NCBI GenBank assembly: GCA_963710755.1
Contig: CAVQBK010000003.1
Location: forward strand, 416,001 to 480,000
Source of the DNA: an uncultured bacterium
Lineage (GTDB): Bacteria; Oederibacteriota; JAAXVQ01; JAUVAV01
DNA: 64,000 nt
Direction: 5' to 3'
Shown: in pieces, positions 39,408-48,596 of the stretch
Layout: every line of letters begins with the position of its first letter
Numbering within the stretch: the first letter of the stretch is position 1
The notes under the pieces: model-generated
The model's input: only the letters and a program-made list of their open reading frames with translations
Told to the model about the DNA's origin: nothing
The model's database searches: none
Made by a program: the position numbers and the translations under genes

Positions 39408-40259
39408 ATGAATGGACAGGCCAAAATAGTCTTATCGGTGATAGGGCTGATGCTTTGGGGCCACAGCGTCTTGGCGGATACGGCAACGCCCACGGCTACT
39501 GTTACTTTCACAGCAACGCCATTGGTATCAGCCACCTCAACCATAACGCTTACGGCCACACCGTCCAAAACCGTCACGCCCAGCGCTACACCTACATTTA
39601 CCCGTACGCCCAATGCTACATTGACCAGTACTATCAGCGCCACCTATACGGTCAGTCCGACATGGACGTCAACCGGCACTAGCACTCATACGCCCACCAA
39701 TACCATGACTTGTACACCTACTTCCACGTGGACCTCAACCCCCATGGATACTGTCACCTTCACACCGACCAGCACCATCAGTACCACCATGTCGGCCACC
39801 TCCACAGCCACTCCGACTGCCACTCCTTCCGCGACGGTCACGAGCAACTCATCGGCCACAGTAACTCCTACTGTGACCATGACCCCCACCGTGACCCCAA
39901 CGCCTCCATCAGGGCTGGCTACCAGTACCTCCACATCAACAGCTACAGCCACGTCGGCCGCTAGTCTCCCCACGGTGGTACCGGCTGAAATATTGGGTAA
40001 TGTGATGAATCTCAATGAACGAAAACCGGCGCGCATCCGGGTGCAACTGGATCATCCCCAAAAAGTAAGAATCGTGATTTATACCCAGCGGGGACGGATT
40101 GTTAAGGAACTTGCAGATGAGCTGGTTTCAGCAGGTACCTTTGAGGCTGTGTGGGACGGCGGTAACCGCTACGGTCAGTTGGTGCCGGCTGGGATTTATA
40201 TTGTTTATATTCAAACCGAACGCTTCCAGGAGAAAAAGCGTATAGCGATCGTGCATTAA
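39408..40259 (+). CDS. Exported Thr/Ser/Pro-rich (mucin-like) protein with C-terminal FlgD-Ig/CTD-like domain
   Basis: Signal peptide (..SVLA-D), about 165 aa of T/S/P-rich sequence, tail IYTQRGRIV.EL...WDG.N..G..V..GIY. Confidence 0.85.
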   Translation: MNGQAKIVLSVIGLMLWGHSVLADTATPTATVTFTATPLVSATSTITLTATPSKTVTPSATPTFTRTPNATLTSTISATYTVSPTWTSTGTSTHTPTNTMTCTPTSTWTSTPMDTVTFTPTSTISTTMSATSTATPTATPSATVTSNSSATVTPTVTMTPTVTPTPPSGLATSTSTSTATATSAASLPTVVPAEILGNVMNLNERKPARIRVQLDHPQKVRIVIYTQRGRIVKELADELVSAGTFEAVWDGGNRYGQLVPAGIYIVYIQTERFQEKKRIAIVH

Positions 40260-40305
40260 ATAATCCCGCCATAAACAGCGGACGATAGGATTAAGGGGAA
40301 AAGGC

Positions 40306-42351
40306 ATGAGCCTAAGGCAAGTTAGAACATCATGGCGACTCAGGCTTAAAGGTCTGATGCTGATCGGACTTTTAAGCCTGGTCACAGGCCTGCGAGCATC
40401 AACGGGCGCTGAATTTTTGCGTCCCGAAAGCTCGCCCAACGCCACCGTGATGATGGGCGGCTCGGCTCTGGAAGGGGGCTCGGCCATGCTGGCCATCAAT
40501 CCGGCCGGTTTGTTGGGCCAAGCCTATGCCTCGCTGGCGTTTACCCATTATGCCTCGTTTGTGGAAACAGCCTATGAGCAAATGGAATTTTTGTGGCCTG
40601 CCCAACCAGGATTGGCCTGGGCAGGCCGGTTGTTTTATGACAGCACCTATAACTTTGTGGCTATTAATGATTTAGGCGAACGCGTGGCCACGGTGGACAA
40701 TTACGACTTACTGCTCAACCCAGCAGTGGCCTGGCGCCTGGATCCTATGTTGGATTTGGGCGTAGGGCTTAAATTATTTCGCAGTGTTATTGCCAGCTAC
40801 AGCAGCATGGGCGCAGCTGCGGATATTGGCGTTCAGGTGCACTGGCCCGGCATGCCTCTGAGCTTGGGAGCCTCGCTGCAGAATCTTGGTATGATGACCG
40901 CCTATGATCAACAGGCCGACAGCCTGCCTTTGGCCTTGACTTTGGGCGGAGCCTGGGACGTGAATTTTGGTATCAATCAATTAATCTTGACGGCGGATCT
41001 CACCACCGGCTTTGATGAGCATCGACCGCTCACACCCATTGCAGGCATGGAATACCACTATGCGTCACTGGCCAGCGTGCGCCTGGCTTATCGGATGGAT
41101 GAGGAATTGGGTAATATCATCGTTGGGGCCGGGGTGCAATGGCGGCGGTTGGGTCTGGATTATTCCTATCAACCCTACGGCGTGTTGGGTGAAAATCACC
41201 GCTTGACCTTGTCTTATTATTTCAGGTCCCTTGCGCAAGAAAAACCACACTCAAGTGCTGAAGCGGTTTTGGCGGAAGAAACGCCGCAACTGAAAGCCCA
41301 ATCTTTGACCAAGCAAAAAGTGGCGGTTTTAACCGAGCTGCCTAGAACTTACAATGCCAAATTAACCTTCATGCCTTTGCTTAAAAGAGGTCCTTTCAAA
41401 CCCTGGAACCTTACTATTACTAATGACCAGCAGCAGACCATTCGCCAGTTTTACGGAGACGAGCGACTGCCCCAACGGATCAGCTGGGACGGCATGAATA
41501 ACCAAGGCCAGCCTCTGCTTCAATCGCAAACCTGCACCATCACCCTGGACGTTGATGGAAAAACCAGAGCCCGGCAGGAAATGCCCATCATGGCACCGGC
41601 GGTCAGGTTAATGTTACCACAGGACGTAGCGTTGCCTGTGCCGGTGATTTTTCAAATGTCCAGGCCTCTGGCCACGCGCGGTTGGACCTTACAGGTAATG
41701 ACGCCTTCAGCAGCCCCGACCGGAACAAATATTATTATGAAAGGGACGCCTTCGGCAGCCCCGACCGGAACAAATATTATTATGAAAGGGACGCCTTCGG
41801 CAGCCTCCTTTAGCGGGCAAGGGGCATGGAAGGACCCCGTGACGTGGGTTAGTACGGTGAATGATACTCACCTCAGTTATGAACTGGAATTGGTGACGGA
41901 TCAGCCCATAAAAGTGATCTTGAAGGAGCCGATCAAGACAGTAACGGCTTCAACCATTATGGCTCCGGAAGGTTATGAAGGATTGAAGATCAGCGGTGTC
42001 CTTTTTGATTTTAACCAAGCCGCGTTAAAGCCCGAAATGGCGGACAAGTTGCAAGCCGTGAGTCAATTGCTGGCCTATTATCCACAGGACCTGTATGTCA
42101 TATGTGAAGGCCATGCTGATGAAGTGGGGGACCAGGCTTATAACCAAACTTTGTCCGAAAAACGGGCCCAGATGGTGGCGGAAAAATTGGTGCGTGACAG
42201 CGGTGTCAGCCAGGACCGGGTAAGCATTAAAGGCTACGGCCAAGCCCGGCCTGAAAACAGCCTGGGCACGCCGGAAGGCATGGCCCGCAATCGGCGTGTG
42301 GACATCAAGGTGTTTTTCCCTGTAAATCTTGCCAAAAAAACCGGCAAATAA
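40306..42351 (+). CDS. PorV/PorQ-like beta-barrel fused to a FlgD-like segment and C-terminal OmpA domain
   Basis: GAEFLR...MGG...INPAGL start, alternating barrel strands ending DYSY.PYG.LG..HR.TLSY.F; WDGMNNQG; VLFDF..A.L, EGHAD, N..LS..RA, NRRVDI. Confidence 0.85.
   Translation: MSLRQVRTSWRLRLKGLMLIGLLSLVTGLRASTGAEFLRPESSPNATVMMGGSALEGGSAMLAINPAGLLGQAYASLAFTHYASFVETAYEQMEFLWPAQPGLAWAGRLFYDSTYNFVAINDLGERVATVDNYDLLLNPAVAWRLDPMLDLGVGLKLFRSVIASYSSMGAAADIGVQVHWPGMPLSLGASLQNLGMMTAYDQQADSLPLALTLGGAWDVNFGINQLILTADLTTGFDEHRPLTPIAGMEYHYASLASVRLAYRMDEELGNIIVGAGVQWRRLGLDYSYQPYGVLGENHRLTLSYYFRSLAQEKPHSSAEAVLAEETPQLKAQSLTKQKVAVLTELPRTYNAKLTFMPLLKRGPFKPWNLTITNDQQQTIRQFYGDERLPQRISWDGMNNQGQPLLQSQTCTITLDVDGKTRARQEMPIMAPAVRLMLPQDVALPVPVIFQMSRPLATRGWTLQVMTPSAAPTGTNIIMKGTPSAAPTGTNIIMKGTPSAASFSGQGAWKDPVTWVSTVNDTHLSYELELVTDQPIKVILKEPIKTVTASTIMAPEGYEGLKISGVLFDFNQAALKPEMADKLQAVSQLLAYYPQDLYVICEGHADEVGDQAYNQTLSEKRAQMVAEKLVRDSGVSQDRVSIKGYGQARPENSLGTPEGMARNRRVDIKVFFPVNLAKKTGK
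41701..41805 (+). repeat. In-frame 45-bp tandem repeat (2.3 copies)
   Basis: ACGCCTTC(A/G)GCAGCCCCGACCGGAACAAATATTATTATGAAAGGG at 41701 and 41746, partial at 41791. Confidence 0.95.
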
Positions 42352-42380
42352 GACTTTAAACCGGTCGAGCCGTTACGCCT

Positions 42381-42410
42381 TGTAGGGAACGGTCGCGACC
42401 GGTCCCCACA
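42381..42410. repeat. GTAG-type REP palindrome
   Basis: TGTAGGGAACGGTCGCGACCGGTCCCCACA, imperfect stem. Confidence 0.65.
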
Positions 42411-42430
42411 ATATCACCCTTCTTTTTTTC

Positions 42431-42465
42431 AAAAAAAAATGGAACCTCCTAGTCAATAGTTGACT
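42431..42465 (+). promoter_or_regulatory. Putative ECF-sigma promoter for the second module
   Basis: A-tract+TGGAACC...TAGTTGACT. Confidence 0.5.
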
Positions 42466-42509
42466 CTCTTCTTTGTTATCAATAACCACCAGTTAAAGGA
42501 GAGGGATCA

Positions 42510-43802
42510 ATGAGGACTTTTAAAAGAATTGCGTTTTTGCTTTTACTAACACTGGCCTGTCTGCACCAGGCCGGACTCGCCAACACGGCAGTACCCACTT
42601 TCTCGCCAACGGTCACATTCACAGCAACTGGGACGCCCACGGTGACGGTGACACCAATGAGTAGCACGCCGACAGCAGTCTTCACGGCCACGATTACGCC
42701 CACTCGGACGAGCACAGCCACACCGGTTGGAACCGTGCCTGCCGGTTCAACGAAAACCGCTACAGCCACAGCGACGCATACGGCCACAGTGGCGGTGACA
42801 CCAATGAGTAGCACGCCGACAGCAGTCTTCACGGCCACGATTACGCCCACTCGGACGAGTACCGCCACACCGGTTGGAACCGTGCCTGCCGGTTCAACGA
42901 AAACCGCTACAGCCACAGCGACGCATACGGCCACAGTGGCGGTGACACCAATGAGTAGCACGCCGACAGCAGTCTTCACGGCAACGATTACGCCCACTCG
43001 GACGAGCACAGCCACGCCGGTTGGAACCGTGCCTGCCGGTTCAACGAAAACCGCTACAGCCACAGCGACGCATACGGCCACAGTGGCGGTGACACCAATG
43101 AGTAGCACGCCGACCGCGGTGTTCACGGCCACGATTACGCCCACTCGGACGAGCACAGCCACGCCGGTTGGAACCGTGCCTGCCGGGTCAACGAAGACCG
43201 CTACGGCCACGTCGACCCGGACCCCGATAGCGACCTCCACAGCGGCTGGTACAGCGGTTGCCACCCATACGCCCACTAAAACACCCACGCAGTCACCAGG
43301 CACACCGGCTCTAACCGCCACTCGTACCGCTACGGCCACGATGACGTTTACTGTGACCAGCACGCCCCAAGGTGAGGTCACCACTGCGCCCACTGCCACC
43401 GGCACAGCAACCCCTATGGCCACCTCCACACCGGTCAACACGGCCACGCCCAGCGGCATGGTCTCCACCTCCACGGTAACCGTCACCACCACGGCCATTG
43501 CCACCGCTTCAGCGCCAAAAGTGGAAGCCAAGGTTTACGGCAGCGTGGTGAATCCAGCCAAAACCGAGAGCGCCCACATTCAGGTGCACCTGGATAAGCC
43601 CCAGAAAGTTCAGGTTATCATTTACAATCAAAGAGGACAGGTGGTCAGGACTTTGGTCGACGCAGTGAAAGACGCCGGAACCTTTGATGCCGTATGGCAG
43701 GGCGTGAACCGCCATGGCCAGGTCGTGTCCTCCGGAATTTACGTGGTGTATATCAAGACAGATACTTTCCAAGCCAAAAAACGCATCGTGGTTATTCGAT
43801 AG
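42510..43802 (+). CDS. Exported Thr-rich tandem-repeat protein with C-terminal FlgD-Ig/CTD-like domain
   Basis: Signal peptide (..AGLA-N); 49-aa repeats; tail clearly homologous to that of 39408..40259. Confidence 0.88.
   Translation: MRTFKRIAFLLLLTLACLHQAGLANTAVPTFSPTVTFTATGTPTVTVTPMSSTPTAVFTATITPTRTSTATPVGTVPAGSTKTATATATHTATVAVTPMSSTPTAVFTATITPTRTSTATPVGTVPAGSTKTATATATHTATVAVTPMSSTPTAVFTATITPTRTSTATPVGTVPAGSTKTATATATHTATVAVTPMSSTPTAVFTATITPTRTSTATPVGTVPAGSTKTATATSTRTPIATSTAAGTAVATHTPTKTPTQSPGTPALTATRTATATMTFTVTSTPQGEVTTAPTATGTATPMATSTPVNTATPSGMVSTSTVTVTTTAIATASAPKVEAKVYGSVVNPAKTESAHIQVHLDKPQKVQVIIYNQRGQVVRTLVDAVKDAGTFDAVWQGVNRHGQVVSSGIYVVYIKTDTFQAKKRIVVIR
42648..43211 (+). repeat. 147-bp (49-aa) tandem repeat, about 3.8 near-identical copies
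   Basis: CCAATGAGTAGCACG recurs at 42654, 42801, 42948 and 43095 (period 147). Confidence 0.95.
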
Positions 43803-43811
43803 GAGGACGAG

Positions 43812-44747
43812 ATGGGCATGCTAGTTACTATACATATGAAAAAGGTTTGTAAAACCGGGGTTATGATCGCCATGCTGGCGGGGTTGGCCTCGGTCCTAGG
43901 GACACCTTTGTTGGCCCTAACCGGGGCGGATTTCCTGCGCCTGGAAAGCTCGCCCAATGCAGCAGTCATGATGGGTGGAGCGGCTTTATCCGGCACGCCG
44001 GCTATGTTGGCGGTTAATCCGGCAAGCTTGTTGGGCCAACAGGAACCATCGATCTCCTTTTCCCATTTTGCGTCCTTTGCTCTAACCGGGTATGAACAGT
44101 TGGAAGGGGTGATACCTCTCGGTTCCCATCTGGCTGTAGGCGGACGACTATTTTATGACAGTGCCTATGGTCTGGCGGATATTGATCTTGAGGGTAATAA
44201 TCAGGGTACCATTGCCAATTATGATTTGCTGGTCAATCCGGCCATGGCGGTTAAAATCAACGAGTTGCTCAACCTGGGTGTGGGGCTCAAAGGATTCCAA
44301 AGCGTGCTCTTTGATTATTCCAGTGTGGGTGCTGCCCTGGATATGGGGGTGCATTTTCAGGTGCCTGGTCTGGGGCTGAGCCTGGGTGCGTCCATGCAGA
44401 ACCTCGGTTTTATGACCGCCTACAACACCGTGCAGGAACAACTGCCTCTGAGCTTTGATCTGGGCGCGGCCTATCAATGGCTGAGCGGTCCGCATCAATT
44501 CACTGTGCTTGGTGATGTCACCACCGTGGTGGAGGAATATCAAACCCTGACCCCCATACTGGGGGCAGTCTATCGCTATGGCGGTTTGGCCTCTGTGCGC
44601 GTGGCCTACCGCTTGGACCAGGAGTTGGGCAATTTAATGGTCGGCGCCGGTTTAACCTGGCAGGCTATCGGCGTGGCTTATGCCTACCAGCCCTTGGGTG
44701 CCTTGGGGGACAATCACCGCTTCAGTGTTTCCTACCTTTTCAAATAG
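43812..44747 (+). CDS. PorV/PorQ-like outer-membrane beta-barrel
   Basis: Paralog of the N-half of 40306..42351 (GADFLRLESSPNAAVMMGG, VNPASLLG, RLFYDS, NHRFSVSYLFK). Confidence 0.85.
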   Translation: MGMLVTIHMKKVCKTGVMIAMLAGLASVLGTPLLALTGADFLRLESSPNAAVMMGGAALSGTPAMLAVNPASLLGQQEPSISFSHFASFALTGYEQLEGVIPLGSHLAVGGRLFYDSAYGLADIDLEGNNQGTIANYDLLVNPAMAVKINELLNLGVGLKGFQSVLFDYSSVGAALDMGVHFQVPGLGLSLGASMQNLGFMTAYNTVQEQLPLSFDLGAAYQWLSGPHQFTVLGDVTTVVEEYQTLTPILGAVYRYGGLASVRVAYRLDQELGNLMVGAGLTWQAIGVAYAYQPLGALGDNHRFSVSYLFK

Positions 44748-44775
44748 TACTGGTGAGTGCTTGGCCTGAGATGAG

Positions 44776-44803
44776 GTAGGGGCACAAAATAATGTGCCCC
44801 TAC
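44776..44803. repeat. GTAG-type REP palindrome between convergent genes
   Basis: GTAGGGGCACA-AAATAA-TGTGCCCCTAC, perfect 11-bp stem. Confidence 0.75.
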
Positions 44804-44824
44804 GGATTCAGATGCAGAGTAAGC

Positions 44825-45862
44825 TCAGCGCTGGGACAAGCCGGAGAGCGCCACGCCCAGGAGGCGGACTTTTTTTTGGCCGACCAAGGTTTTGGGAAGC
44901 AGTTGTTCCACGGCCTCCCAAATTGCATGGGCCTGGTAAACCGGCTTAGCCAGAGTGGCGGCCCTGGTGATCTGGATAAAATCATAATACTTGACCTTTA
45001 AGGTCACTGTATTGCCCTGACGCTGCGCCTGTTCCAGCACTTGGGCGACGTGATGGCAAAGCCGTTTCAATTCCTGATGGATCACTGCTGGTTCGAGCAG
45101 GTCCTTTTCAAAGGTTTTTTCCCGTCCCATAGACTTTCGGATGCGATCAGATTCTACCGGTCGCTCATCTATTCCGCGCGCAAAAGTATAATAGCGCCTG
45201 CCAGCCTTACCGAAATAATGAATAAGTTCCTCCATGTTTTTTTTGCGCAAATCCGCGCCGGTCTTGATGCCCAAAGCCAACATCTTTTTTTCCGTGACTT
45301 TGCCCACGCCGAAAAATTTACGAATTGGCAGGCCGGCGATAAAAGCCTGTGCTTTTTCCGGAGGAATCACGGTCAGACCCCGCGGCTTGCGGTAATCGGA
45401 CGCCACCTTGGCCAGGAATTTGTTGGTCGACACCCCGGCCGAGGCCGTAAGTTTGGTTTCCTGTTCAATCCTCTGCAGCACCTCGCGTGCCAGCACGGTA
45501 GCTGACGTTATATGTTTTTTATTATCGGTCACATCCAAATAAGCTTCATCCAAAGACAGCGGTTCCACTATATCGGTATACTCCTGGAAAATCGCCCTCA
45601 ATTGATGAGATACCTGTTTGTAAACAGCCATACGGGGCAGCACAAAGATGCCTTGAGGGCAGCGTTGCCGGGCTTCTTTGGAGGGCATGGCGGAATGGAT
45701 TCCAAACTTGCGGGCTTCGTAGGAACAGGTGGCCACTACGCCCCGCTTTTCAGGATCACCGCCTACAATCACCGGCTTACCTTGCCACTGAGGATGGTCC
45801 CGCTGCTCTACAGAGGCATAAAAAGCATCCATGTCAATATGAATAATCTTACGACCAGTCAT
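44825..45862 (-). CDS. dinB: DNA polymerase IV
   Basis: IIHIDMDAFYASVEQRD, SYEARKFG, SLDEAYLD, KFLAKVASD; start reassigned to ATG 45862. Confidence 0.96.
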   Translation of the reverse strand: MTGRKIIHIDMDAFYASVEQRDHPQWQGKPVIVGGDPEKRGVVATCSYEARKFGIHSAMPSKEARQRCPQGIFVLPRMAVYKQVSHQLRAIFQEYTDIVEPLSLDEAYLDVTDNKKHITSATVLAREVLQRIEQETKLTASAGVSTNKFLAKVASDYRKPRGLTVIPPEKAQAFIAGLPIRKFFGVGKVTEKKMLALGIKTGADLRKKNMEELIHYFGKAGRRYYTFARGIDERPVESDRIRKSMGREKTFEKDLLEPAVIHQELKRLCHHVAQVLEQAQRQGNTVTLKVKYYDFIQITRAATLAKPVYQAHAIWEAVEQLLPKTLVGQKKVRLLGVALSGLSQR

Positions 45863-46105
45863 GGTTTTATTGTAATCCACCAGCCACCCCAACTCTAGAG
45901 AAATCATGGAATCCTTTCCATAGGGGTTTTTGGTAATGTGTGGTTTTGATTCCCTAGAGGCGAGGATAGGTATTGTGTCAGATGTAAAAAATAGAATAAA
46001 ACACTTGATAAATAAAGATATCAGCAGATCTATAATCCGAACTAAAAATTGGCCTAATAGTTGCTTAAGTAAAAGTTGCCAACAGCTATTCCACAAGGAG
46101 GACCA

Positions 46106-46303
46106 ATGAATCATCGCCGTTACAAATACCTAATCTGGAACTCCAATTGGTACAAACAGAATGTGACCCAAACCAAAGCGCAATGGGACAAGGCCGTGGT
46201 GACCCAGAGTGATGCTCCGGCCAAGGAATTGGATGTTTCCAAAAAGAGAAAACCCCTGCTGGAGGATTTTTTCCCCTGGTGGAAACAGGATCATAAAAAC
46301 TAA
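46106..46303 (+). CDS. Small hypothetical protein (65 aa)
   Basis: Strong AAGGAGG RBS before ATG 46106; upstream of flgF. Confidence 0.55.
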   Translation: MNHRRYKYLIWNSNWYKQNVTQTKAQWDKAVVTQSDAPAKELDVSKKRKPLLEDFFPWWKQDHKN

Positions 46304-46402
46304 AGACCTGTTCTTCGACGCAGGGCTGAAAGTAAATTCAGATCAGCTTTTGAATAGGGTGCTGCAACAGGGGAAAGCAATATCCTGGGAAAGGATGAAC
46401 CC

Positions 46403-47092
46403 ATGATCTACGGTATTTATCAAACCGCGACCAGTCTGGACAGTTTGAACCGCATGCAGGATGTGGTGGCCAACAACCTGGCCAACATGACCACTAATGG
46501 CTTTAAACAGGAACTGCTGCAGGTCATGAAAAATGAACCGGGCCGCCTCAGTGTGGCCAGTCAGGTGGATATGAGCGCCGGGCCCATCAAGATGACCGAC
46601 AATCCCACCGATCTGGCCATAACCAGCGACGGTTTTTTTGCTGTGCAGAGCGAGGACGGCGTGGCCTACACCAGAAGCGGTGATTTTAAATTAGACAGTA
46701 CTGGCCGGTTGGTGACCAATGAGGGCCTGCCGGTACTGGGTAAACACGGCGAGATTCTGATCGGTACCAATAAATTTACGGTCAACGGCCAGGGCGAAAT
46801 TTTTGTGGGACAGGACCAGGTAGACCAGCTCGAACTCTTCAAGCCCCAGGGACCAATGGTCAGAATCGGGCAGCGCCTGCTTAAATCGGAAGTGCCCGAT
46901 CAAATGGTGGCCATGGACAACAACAACGTTAAGATCATGCAGGGTGCTGTGGAAGCCTCCAATGTCAATCCAGTGGAGGCGATGGTCAACATGATGCTCA
47001 TCGTGCGCCAATACGAGGCCAATCAGAAAGCCATGAGCGTGCAGGACGAAAGTATTCGCCCCGTAATTACTCAGGTAGGCAAGCATACTTAA
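46403..47092 (+). CDS. flgF: Flagellar basal-body rod protein FlgF-like
   Basis: ANNLAN..T.GFK, YTRSGDF, EASNVNPVEAM. Confidence 0.85.
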   Translation: MIYGIYQTATSLDSLNRMQDVVANNLANMTTNGFKQELLQVMKNEPGRLSVASQVDMSAGPIKMTDNPTDLAITSDGFFAVQSEDGVAYTRSGDFKLDSTGRLVTNEGLPVLGKHGEILIGTNKFTVNGQGEIFVGQDQVDQLELFKPQGPMVRIGQRLLKSEVPDQMVAMDNNNVKIMQGAVEASNVNPVEAMVNMMLIVRQYEANQKAMSVQDESIRPVITQVGKHT

Positions 47093-47112
47093 TTGCAGCA
47101 GGAGGATGACCC

Positions 47113-47895
47113 ATGTTAAGAGCCTTGATGATTTCAGCCACCGGCATGTCGGCCCAACAACTGGCCATGGACAACATTTCCAACAATCTGGCCAATGTCA
47201 ATACCACGGGCTTCAAGGCCTCTCAGGCCAAGTTCGCCGATATTTTTTATCAGGCTATCAACGAACCGCAGCCTTTGGGTCCGGTGGAAAATAACCAGCC
47301 CTCCGTGGGTATTGGTGTGCAAAATACGTCCATGGAACGATCCTTTCTGCAAGGCGCTTTGGAAAGCACCGGCAATCCGCTGGATATGGCGGTGCAGGGC
47401 GACGGGTTTTTTCAGGTACTTCAGCCGGACGGCAGTATGGCCTACACTCGTGACGGATCTTTCAAAGTGAGTGGTGACGGTCTGTTGTGCACCAATCAGG
47501 GTTATCCGGTTCAGCCGGAAGTGCAAATTCCTGCTGATGCCTCGGAAGTCAATGTGGCGGCCGACGGTACGGTGCTGGTGAAGGGACTGAACGATACCAC
47601 GCCCCGGCCTATAGCCCAGTTGGAACTGGCCCGGTTTGTTAACCCCGGTAGTCTGGAAAGCCTGGGTCAAAACCTGTATGCCTCTTCTACGGCTTCCGGT
47701 GAGGCTATCGTCAGCACTCCTGGCCAGGAAGGGCTGGGCAGTCTGGTGCAGGGGAGCTTGGAACGGTCCAATGTCAACTTGGTGCAGGAAATGGTGAATA
47801 TGATCATGACGCAACGGGCTTATGAAATTAACACCAAATCCATTCAGGCAGCGGATGACATGATGAAGATGGCCAATAATTTAAGGAGAATTTAA
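47113..47895 (+). CDS. flgG: Flagellar distal rod protein FlgG
   Basis: SNNLANVNTTGFK, YTRDGSF, SNVNLVQEMVNMIMTQRAYEIN. Confidence 0.95.
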   Translation: MLRALMISATGMSAQQLAMDNISNNLANVNTTGFKASQAKFADIFYQAINEPQPLGPVENNQPSVGIGVQNTSMERSFLQGALESTGNPLDMAVQGDGFFQVLQPDGSMAYTRDGSFKVSGDGLLCTNQGYPVQPEVQIPADASEVNVAADGTVLVKGLNDTTPRPIAQLELARFVNPGSLESLGQNLYASSTASGEAIVSTPGQEGLGSLVQGSLERSNVNLVQEMVNMIMTQRAYEINTKSIQAADDMMKMANNLRRI

Positions 47896-47899
47896 AGGC

Positions 47900-48592
47900 A
47901 TGGTTAAGCGGGTGCTGCTGATAGGGTTAGGCTTGTGGCTCAGCGCTGCCGGCGCGCTGCATGCGCTTACCCAGAGCACTGTGGAAAGGTCTTTGGAACA
48001 ATGGATGACCAAGCACTTTCCTATTGTCCAGGGACGATGGGAAGCCTGGTGCCTTAATGTGACCAATCCCAAGCTGCTGAGCAGTCTGACCCAAGTGGAT
48101 ATTCGAGGCGTGGTGGGAGTGGCCAAACCGAAAAAGATTATGACCTTTATTGTAGGTCCCAAAGGCCGGACTTGCCGGGTCACTGCCCGTCTGGCAGGCT
48201 TTAAAAAAGTCATGGTGGCCAAGCGCATTCTACAAAAGGCGGTGGTGCCCACTTCCGATGACTGGCAATGGGAAGAACGGCTGGTTGATGCCCTGCCCCG
48301 GGACAGTCTGGATCAAGCCTGCATCCTGGACGGCATGCGGACTAAAAAAGTGTTGGCCAAAGGTGAGGTCATGACCGCTCATGCTTTGGAAGCGCAACCA
48401 GCAGTATTGCCCGGTCAGCGGCTGACCTTGGAGGTGCGCGGTCAGGGCATTGTGATCAAAACCGATGTAACCAGTCTGGAAGAAGGTGTGGTCGGTGACT
48501 GGATCAAATTAAAGGACTGCCAGAATGGCCGGCAATTGTCAGGTAAAGTGGTGGCGCCTTATTTAACTCAAATTGTGTTGAACAGGAGATAG
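47900..48592 (+). CDS. flgA: Flagellar P-ring formation chaperone FlgA
   Basis: Signal peptide, SAF-like C-terminus (LEEG.VGD.I), position between flgG and flgH. Confidence 0.8.
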   Translation: MVKRVLLIGLGLWLSAAGALHALTQSTVERSLEQWMTKHFPIVQGRWEAWCLNVTNPKLLSSLTQVDIRGVVGVAKPKKIMTFIVGPKGRTCRVTARLAGFKKVMVAKRILQKAVVPTSDDWQWEERLVDALPRDSLDQACILDGMRTKKVLAKGEVMTAHALEAQPAVLPGQRLTLEVRGQGIVIKTDVTSLEEGVVGDWIKLKDCQNGRQLSGKVVAPYLTQIVLNRR

Positions 48593-48596
48593 ACTT

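Noticed and set aside
41701-41805. Three 15-bp direct repeats separated by 30 bp, resembling a mini-CRISPR
   Set aside because: The spacers are identical, it is in frame within a CDS, and no cas genes are present; a simple tandem duplication.
42479-43531. 350-aa Val/Ala/Gly-rich ORF on the minus strand (also 39686-40036)
   Set aside because: Mirror of Thr codons (ACN read as NGT/GTN) in the Thr-rich genes.
45863-46114. 84-aa N-terminal extension of DinB in the ORF track
   Set aside because: Homology starts at MTGRKIIHID; the extension is AT-rich divergent promoter DNA.
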